Below are positions 57,749 through 64,000 of a DNA stretch of 64,000 bases, piece by piece. The number at the start of each line of letters is the position of its first letter. Position 1 is the stretch's first letter. The translations under genes and the position numbers were made by a program. Below the pieces are notes generated by a model. The model was not told where the DNA came from, made no database searches, and saw nothing but the letters and a program-made list of their open reading frames with translations. The stretch lies in the sequence record MF360958.1; one strand, 5' to 3'.

Positions 57749-57939
57749 AAGTTAACCTCATATGTTACTGACGTATTTATAAAAATTATTATTGTTGTGT
57801 ATTGACATATATCGTAATATAGATATACTATACTAGTAATATCTATAAATTTATATTCAAAATAATAATCATGTTTATTTTGAATAAATAAACCATTATA
57901 AGAATTATGTGAAAAATATAAAAAACAATTACATATATT

Positions 57940-58377
57940 ATGCAAAGACGTACCGTTTCATTTATTGAACAAATAGTTAATAATTTTCTTGGTTTTATCG
58001 TAAGTTTTTTCATACTTAAATTTATAATTGTACCATTATGGGGATTTCAAGCTAATGTTCATGATGAATTTCTAATAACCGTTTTATTTTTTATTATTAG
58101 TATTATAAGAGGGTATATATTTAGACGTGTATTTAATAGTATTGAGCATCAAACCTATATAGGTTCTGCTATTGAACAATTCTTTAATGTTGGTTCTGGA
58201 TTTATAATTTATCTTTCGTTATGGTCTTTTGTGATTACTCCAATTTGGAATTTTGAATCAACATTTATCGATGATATTACAATAAATGGTATATATTTTG
58301 TATTTAATTATGCGAGAGCTTTAATTGTAAGGCGTTTTTTTAATTATTTAACATTTAAAACATATAATTCAACTTAG
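57940..58377 (+). CDS. Membrane protein with two tandem copies of a common phage TM domain
   Basis: SFIEQIVNNFLGF...RGYIFRRVFN repeated as SAIEQFFNVGSGF...RALIVRRFFN. Confidence 0.7.
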   Translation: MQRRTVSFIEQIVNNFLGFIVSFFILKFIIVPLWGFQANVHDEFLITVLFFIISIIRGYIFRRVFNSIEHQTYIGSAIEQFFNVGSGFIIYLSLWSFVITPIWNFESTFIDDITINGIYFVFNYARALIVRRFFNYLTFKTYNST

Positions 58378-58385
58378 AGGTAACT

Positions 58386-59741
58386 ATGTCCAACATTAAA
58401 CAATATATTGATAAACTTAATTCTACAACGAAACGTAAAGAAAAAACTCAAATTTTAGAAGATATTAAAAAAGAACCCGAAGACAATGAACTTTTCCTTA
58501 AAACTGCTAAACTTGCCCTTGATCCACGGCATAAATTCAATATTACTGAATTTGACACTTCAAATATTACCCAACACACAGGTGAAATTGATCTTAATGA
58601 AGCTTTAAATGATCTAAATCAGAAATTAGTAATTGAAAAAATTCGAGGTCAGGATGCGCATAATATTGTTATTGAACTTTATCAAAAACTATCCGAAGAT
58701 GATGCTGTTATTTTTCGTAATGTAATTGATCGTACGCTTAAATGTGGTGTATCATCAAAAACTATTAATAGTGTATGGCCTGATCAAATTTATATTCATC
58801 CTCATATGCGTTGTAGTTCATTTAGTAATAAAAATCTTGAAAAAATTAATTTACCTGCAATTTCTCAATTAAAAGAAGATGGACGTTATATTGATATTGT
58901 TTGCGACGATGGTATTAATAGGGTGGATTATCGTTCCAGACAGGGGGAGTATGATAAATGGAATGAACCTCACATTGATGACAAATTGCTTAAATATGCC
59001 AAGGGATTCGTATTAATGGGTGAAGCACTGGTTATGGAAGAAACTGGTGGTGTAATGCCTCGTGAAGCAGGTAATGGTTATTTAAACTCTGATGATGTTG
59101 ATCCAGAGAACATTATATATCGGTTATGGGATTGTGTAGACATAAGTGATTGGTATTCACATGAAACCAAAGTTGAATATGAAGATAGATTAGAAAGATT
59201 AAAAGAAATTGTTAGTAATTTACCATCAAACTTCACTATTGTTGATACTAGAGAAGTCCATTCCAAAGAAGATGTTATTGAACATTTTAGAGAAAATGTA
59301 TCTCAAGGTCTTGAAGGTTCTGTTGTAAAAAATAAAAAAGGTATATGGAAATCGGGGACATCAACTGAACAAGTTAAGATTAAGTTGACTTTTGACATGG
59401 ATCTTCATGTAGTAGATGTATATGAAGGTGAAAAAAGGAAAAAATATGAAAATCAATTAGGAGGTGTTATTGCCCAGTCCAGCGATGGTCAGTTAGTAGC
59501 ACATGTTGCTGGTGGTTTTAGTGAAAAACAACGAAAAGATCTATGGGAAAATACTGATGATATTATTGGAAGTGTTATCACAGTTAAAGCAAATGACGTT
59601 AAAATGACTGAAAACAATAAATATTATACACTTTCTAATCCTATTTTTATTGAAAAGAGAGTTGATAAAACTGATGCTGATGATATTAATCGCGTGTTTG
59701 AACAAAAGCAACAAAGTATTGAAAGTATTAAATTAATTTAA
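58386..59741 (+). CDS. lig: ATP-dependent DNA ligase (T4 gp30-like)
   Basis: QLKEDGRY (KxDG), MGEAL, EGSVVK, VKIK, OB-fold GGGF-like region, LSNPIF. Confidence 0.92.
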   Translation: MSNIKQYIDKLNSTTKRKEKTQILEDIKKEPEDNELFLKTAKLALDPRHKFNITEFDTSNITQHTGEIDLNEALNDLNQKLVIEKIRGQDAHNIVIELYQKLSEDDAVIFRNVIDRTLKCGVSSKTINSVWPDQIYIHPHMRCSSFSNKNLEKINLPAISQLKEDGRYIDIVCDDGINRVDYRSRQGEYDKWNEPHIDDKLLKYAKGFVLMGEALVMEETGGVMPREAGNGYLNSDDVDPENIIYRLWDCVDISDWYSHETKVEYEDRLERLKEIVSNLPSNFTIVDTREVHSKEDVIEHFRENVSQGLEGSVVKNKKGIWKSGTSTEQVKIKLTFDMDLHVVDVYEGEKRKKYENQLGGVIAQSSDGQLVAHVAGGFSEKQRKDLWENTDDIIGSVITVKANDVKMTENNKYYTLSNPIFIEKRVDKTDADDINRVFEQKQQSIESIKLI

Positions 59742-59969
59742 AAAATATATTTTATAATCCTCTTAAATAATCTTTTATATTCGAATAAGCTCTGTTGTTT
59801 TTTAACTTCAGAGCTTTTTTATTTTTATTGAATTATGCATAAATAATTATGCAATACTTAGTTTAAATTTTTAAAAACTATGTTTTAGTTGTTTACATAA
59901 TTATGTAAATAATCATGAGATGATTGACAATTGAATATTCAAATATAAAAGATAAGGAGAAAATTAAAT

Positions 59970-61958
59970 ATGTCTACTATTAAAAATTATGGCGTTGCGG
60001 GTGTAGCGTCTGATGTTCAACTTGGTAAGAAAGGCGGTCGTTTTATCTATGATAGCGCCAACGGCGTCTTTAAACTTACCGCACAAGACGGCACTACAGC
60101 ATCCTCAGTACAAATTGCAGATGCTGTAGAACAAAACGAAGCAACCAGCCTTTCACAAGTTGAAAGCTTAATATCTAATATTGATCCATCTAATATTAGT
60201 GGTCTTGGAACTATGTCTGAACAAGATGCAAGCTCTGTAGCAATTACGGGTGGTACTATTAATGGCACAACCATTGGCGGTACTACAGCAGCTGCTGGTA
60301 GTTTCACAACTATTGATGCGAGTACTAGTGTAACTGCTCCTGATGGTACTTTCACAAATGCAGTAAACGTTGATACTATTAATGAAAACACTGCTGATGT
60401 CGGTGTAACTGCTGACGGTGTTCTTTTAAAAGATAGTAATGTAACCGCAGGTACTGTGAATGCTGATACAATCAGCGAAAACACTACTGACAACGGTGTG
60501 GTAGTTGATGGTGTTACTCTAAAAGATGGTGGTATGACCACAACTGGTGATGTAACTATTGGCGGCGACCTAACTGTACAAGGTGAAACTACTGTTCTAG
60601 ATGTTACCAACCTAAGTGTTGAAGATCAACTTATTGAACTAAACAGCGGCTTTACTGGTACTGGTCAAATTTCTGGCGACTCTGGTATTTTTGTAAACCG
60701 TGGGGATAATTCTGATGCTCAACTAGTTTGGGATGACGCAAATCAAGTTTGGCGTTTTGAATTTGCTGATGGTACTCTCGCAGATCTAGAAGCAAACCTC
60801 ACAAGTGTTGTAGGTGCAGAACAGGGTGGTTTCGGAACTGATATCTCAGCATATGGTGCTAATTCCCTTGTGCAAGCAGATGGTTCTGAACTCGCTGTGG
60901 GCTCCGAACATCAAGTACTAACCGTTGGTTCCGGCGGTGATATTAGCTACGAGTATGTTAATGACGTTCGCCGTTCCAGTGATGGAAAACTTGTTGTTGA
61001 TACTACAAATGCTACTTCTACTGATGCAGAATATCTAGACATGGCAAGCAGCACTGGTTCATTAACTTTATCTGCATTTAATGAAGCTCGCAGTGGTGAT
61101 GTAGATCTTGTTCTAGCGGCACAAAATAATGGCGAAGTAATTATTGGTGATCCTAATGATCCTTCTGTACTTTCTGCACAGAGCAACGAAAGTTTAACTG
61201 TTACTGGTGGCGATTCTGATGACAGTGCTGATGCTGGTGATCTAATTCTAAACGGTGGTGACGGTACAAACACTTACGCATCTGGTGATGTTATTCTACA
61301 AGGTGGTACGGGCGGTTCTGCTGAAGGTATTACTGTCATTCGTGATTCCGCTGGAAATGATATCACCCGTTTTGACGCTGGTGTTGCATCTGCAACTGAT
61401 TACAGTGTTATTGAAAATGGTATCGGTGATGTAAGCATTTCTGCTGCCGGTGGTAGTACTGATATCGATATGGTACTTTCACCTAAAGGTGCTGGTGTTG
61501 TTCTTCTACCTGCTTCTTATGACATTAGCTCCGCTGCTGACGAAGCGGTAGCAAACAAGGGCTATGTTGATAGTCAGGTTCAAGAAGTTGCTAATAATGT
61601 AGATCCTAAAGTACTACGTGCAACCTTCACTGCTGATAGCACAGCAACAAGCTTTAATATCGGTACTATGCCTAGTGTTTCTGGTAAAACTTACTATGTT
61701 AAGCGTGTAATGCTCAATGTTACTACTGATTTCTCTGGTAACAGCATCGATCACGTTGTAGTAGGCGACGGTACTAACACTCTAGTTGCTGAACCTGAAG
61801 CTGATATCGTTAGTGGTACATACTTTGTAGACCTAAGCTTTGCAAACGCAACTTCTGGTGGCTCTACAATTTCTGCTACCTTCAACAATGCTTCACAGAC
61901 TGCTGTAGCACCTACTGCTGGTGCTGTAACCGCAGTTGTCGAGTACGAAGTACTATAA
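59970..61958 (+). CDS. Virion structural protein (tail fibre/baseplate-like, G/T/S/D-rich)
   Basis: CATAAATA 59838-59845; AITGGTINGTTIGG and VEDQLIELN motifs; strongly biased codon use. Confidence 0.7.
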   Translation: MSTIKNYGVAGVASDVQLGKKGGRFIYDSANGVFKLTAQDGTTASSVQIADAVEQNEATSLSQVESLISNIDPSNISGLGTMSEQDASSVAITGGTINGTTIGGTTAAAGSFTTIDASTSVTAPDGTFTNAVNVDTINENTADVGVTADGVLLKDSNVTAGTVNADTISENTTDNGVVVDGVTLKDGGMTTTGDVTIGGDLTVQGETTVLDVTNLSVEDQLIELNSGFTGTGQISGDSGIFVNRGDNSDAQLVWDDANQVWRFEFADGTLADLEANLTSVVGAEQGGFGTDISAYGANSLVQADGSELAVGSEHQVLTVGSGGDISYEYVNDVRRSSDGKLVVDTTNATSTDAEYLDMASSTGSLTLSAFNEARSGDVDLVLAAQNNGEVIIGDPNDPSVLSAQSNESLTVTGGDSDDSADAGDLILNGGDGTNTYASGDVILQGGTGGSAEGITVIRDSAGNDITRFDAGVASATDYSVIENGIGDVSISAAGGSTDIDMVLSPKGAGVVLLPASYDISSAADEAVANKGYVDSQVQEVANNVDPKVLRATFTADSTATSFNIGTMPSVSGKTYYVKRVMLNVTTDFSGNSIDHVVVGDGTNTLVAEPEADIVSGTYFVDLSFANATSGGSTISATFNNASQTAVAPTAGAVTAVVEYEVL

Positions 61959-61981
61959 ATCATCTTTTAAGATGAAATAAC

Positions 61982-62009
61982 AAAGGGAGCCAATATGGCT
62001 CCTTTTTTT
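61982..62009 (+). terminator. Intrinsic terminator
   Basis: GGAGCC-AATAT-GGCTCC-T7. Confidence 0.85.
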
Positions 62010-62072
62010 ATGCTTGTTTTAAGAATAAATATACGATACAATAAAGATGTTTATACGCACGGAGTATGAAAA

Positions 62073-62882
62073 ATGAATGATGCTTTGATTTTTAGAAAGT
62101 ATTGTAGTAGTAATGATTATAGTTATGAAAAAGATATTATCGAACAATCTATTCGACACTTTTGCAACCCTAATACCGAAGTTTTAGCAGTATATAAGTT
62201 CGATGAACTTAACTTTCACCCAACATGCGAGGATCAATATATTATTCTTCTTGATAAAAAAGGTAATATTGTTATTTCTAATCAAGAACATAACTTTTCA
62301 AAGACAGCTAAAGTTGTTATGAAAGATGACTATGCTTGTAAGGAATGTGAAAAACCAGTGAATTTTATAGGGGTTTCCATTTCTCATATTGATAATCCAG
62401 AAAAACCCGCTGTGTTTTTCGGTCATTTAGATTATGACGAAGAGCATTTTACTATCATGACTAAGGATCATATCATTCCTAAAGCGGAAGGCGGTAATAA
62501 TTCTATGGTTAATCTACAATGTCTATGTTATGATTGTAATCAAGATAAAGCAGATAAATTGGACGGAATTGTTGAAAACGCCTGTCCTGATAATCCTACA
62601 AAATATCGTATCGATCCAAATGATCCTAGATTGAATAACAAAAAGAGACAACGAAATTTTGTAAAAGTTGATGAAGAAGAACTCAATCTTATGAGACAAA
62701 AAATAAAAGACTTCTATAATACTCGGAAAAATATTAAAAACACTATTAATAGAATTCCTTGGTATTATAAACTACTAGGTGTTGATCGTTATATTGAAAA
62801 GAAAATTAAAGAATATCTAGTTAATAAGGGATACTATAGTAATGGTGGAGAGAATAATGTTAAAATAGATGATAGTGGGTGA
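62073..62882 (+). CDS. HNH endonuclease domain protein
   Basis: CKEC...TKDHIIPKAEGGNNSMVNLQCLCYDCNQDK; AATAAATA 62024-62031. Confidence 0.8.
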   Translation: MNDALIFRKYCSSNDYSYEKDIIEQSIRHFCNPNTEVLAVYKFDELNFHPTCEDQYIILLDKKGNIVISNQEHNFSKTAKVVMKDDYACKECEKPVNFIGVSISHIDNPEKPAVFFGHLDYDEEHFTIMTKDHIIPKAEGGNNSMVNLQCLCYDCNQDKADKLDGIVENACPDNPTKYRIDPNDPRLNNKKRQRNFVKVDEEELNLMRQKIKDFYNTRKNIKNTINRIPWYYKLLGVDRYIEKKIKEYLVNKGYYSNGGENNVKIDDSG

Positions 62883-62884
62883 TA

Positions 62885-64000
62885 TCACCCACTCTCAAAA
62901 CTAGTAAAGCCATTTTCTTTTTTAACGTAAAGAATATCTTCAACGTATTCGATAAGTTCTTCTTTATGTGTTATTAGGAATACAGATTTGTTTTTCTCGG
63001 CATTAATTGATTTAAGAAGTTCGACCCCCCGTATAGCCGCACTGCTATCAATACCAAAGTCTAATAATTCGTCTACAAACACAAGATTGATTGGTCCTAC
63101 AAGATTCTCATACAAATCACGAAACGCAAGATTGAGAGCAATAATAGCTCTGTTTTGTTCGCCACGAGACAGGTTGCCAAAGTCCACTTCCTCACCCATA
63201 TCTCGAATTGTAAACGTGAGATCAGCATCAAATGTAATCTCATGATCCAAAGCCAACTTATCAAGATACAATGGTAATCTCTTATTCAAGAATGGAAGGC
63301 TTTGATCAATTATACGTTTTCTAACAAAAGAATCTCTGCTCGTAAGAAGCTTTTGTAGAAACTTGGCATGTTTCAATTCTTTTTCATATTGTGTCAATTG
63401 AGTATAATCAATTTCTTGATAACCAAGTTCGCCATTTTGTAGATCATCAATTTGGCTGTCGTATGGGTTTATTTGTTGTTCAAGTTGGTTAATATTATCT
63501 TTAATGCTTTGAATCATGGTTTCATGATTATAAGCATCTTTTATATCACGATAGAATGTTTCTTTTTTAGAAGCATTACGGTAATCATCAACTTGTGTAA
63601 GGATTTCATTATATTCATCAATGGTTTTTTGATACCCATCAACTTCATCTAAAACTTCTGAAATTTTGTTTTCAACTTCCTGAATATGCTTTTCAATTTC
63701 GCCGTCTTCTATTGTTTGATTGCATTCGGGACAAATACTTTTTGTAAATGATTGTAACTGATCATTATATTGTTTTAGAATATTTTCAGACTTCTTTTTT
63801 AATTGATTTTTTGTATTAACTTGTTCTTCAATATAACGAATCTTTTCTAATGTATCATCCAGATCCTTATTATATTCATGATTTTCAATTTCTGTTTTAA
63901 TATCGATTTCATTAAGTTTTTCTAATGAAGACTGTAATTCTTCGATTTTTTTATTATGTTCCTTATCCCAATTATCCTTTTTAACAGTAAGTTGTTCAAT
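62885..64000 (-). CDS. Rad50/SbcC-like recombination ATPase (T4 gp46-like), partial
   Basis: NLSRGEQNR signature, VFVDELLD Walker B, LITH; reading frame continues upstream of 63517 toward the window end. Confidence 0.9.
   Translation of the reverse strand: MEQLTVKKDNWDKEHNKKIEELQSSLEKLNEIDIKTEIENHEYNKDLDDTLEKIRYIEEQVNTKNQLKKKSENILKQYNDQLQSFTKSICPECNQTIEDGEIEKHIQEVENKISEVLDEVDGYQKTIDEYNEILTQVDDYRNASKKETFYRDIKDAYNHETMIQSIKDNINQLEQQINPYDSQIDDLQNGELGYQEIDYTQLTQYEKELKHAKFLQKLLTSRDSFVRKRIIDQSLPFLNKRLPLYLDKLALDHEITFDADLTFTIRDMGEEVDFGNLSRGEQNRAIIALNLAFRDLYENLVGPINLVFVDELLDFGIDSSAAIRGVELLKSINAEKNKSVFLITHKEELIEYVEDILYVKKENGFTSFESG

Noticed and set aside
60047-61963. Long antisense ORFs (60047-60610, 60947-61273, 61751-61963) opposite the structural gene
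   Set aside because: Shadow ORFs produced by the strong codon bias of the sense gene; no RBS or promoter, and they are exact-frame mirrors.
895-63652. Many 62-140 aa alternative-frame or antisense ORFs in the track (e.g. 895, 1513, 3301, 10110, 14006, 22049, 43178, 51935, 56153)
   Set aside because: They overlap better-supported genes, lack RBS, and show I/F/L-rich composition typical of AT-rich non-coding frames.
1-64000. DGR template repeat or reverse transcriptase within the window
   Set aside because: No second copy of the CGTGGT...GGCTGGCGTCC region was seen on either strand, and no ORF has RT motifs; the DGR call therefore remains a target-only inference.

Overview
This is a 64-kb slice of an AT-rich, T4-superfamily jumbo myophage genome, not a cellular chromosome. 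It carries a T4 gp18-like tail sheath, the N-terminal part of a gp17-like terminase, a gp46/Rad50-like ATPase, ATP-dependent DNA ligase, thymidine kinase, dNMP kinase, dCMP deaminase, an RNA ligase, two tRNA-Leu genes and dozens of small accessory ORFs. Two promoter classes are visible: sigma70-type TTGACA-N16/17-TATAAT before accessory genes, and T4-late-like (N)TAAATA before structural and putative head-internal genes. Very acidic virion proteins hint at a halophilic or marine host (inference). Most notable: (1) a late virion-type gene (28059-28799) whose last ~85 nt look like a diversity-generating retroelement variable repeat, with no template repeat or reverse transcriptase in the window; (2) a stand-alone terminase N-fragment ending in a short split-intein N-half whose partner is not adjacent; (3) late genes sharing short N-terminal propeptides ending in L/I-x-E and carrying ART-like, GNAT and HExxH cores (candidate capsid-packaged effectors); (4) two expanded paralog families plus a portable C-terminal F-x3-[LIVF]-x-K-L-K-[LIV]-K helix; (5) host-manipulation candidates (CheW-like protein, PagP-like beta-barrel, HD/MazG nucleotide hydrolases); (6) a duplicated ~100-bp promoter-leader cassette and a palindrome array where transcription diverges. 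All family assignments come from motifs read by eye; no database searches were run.
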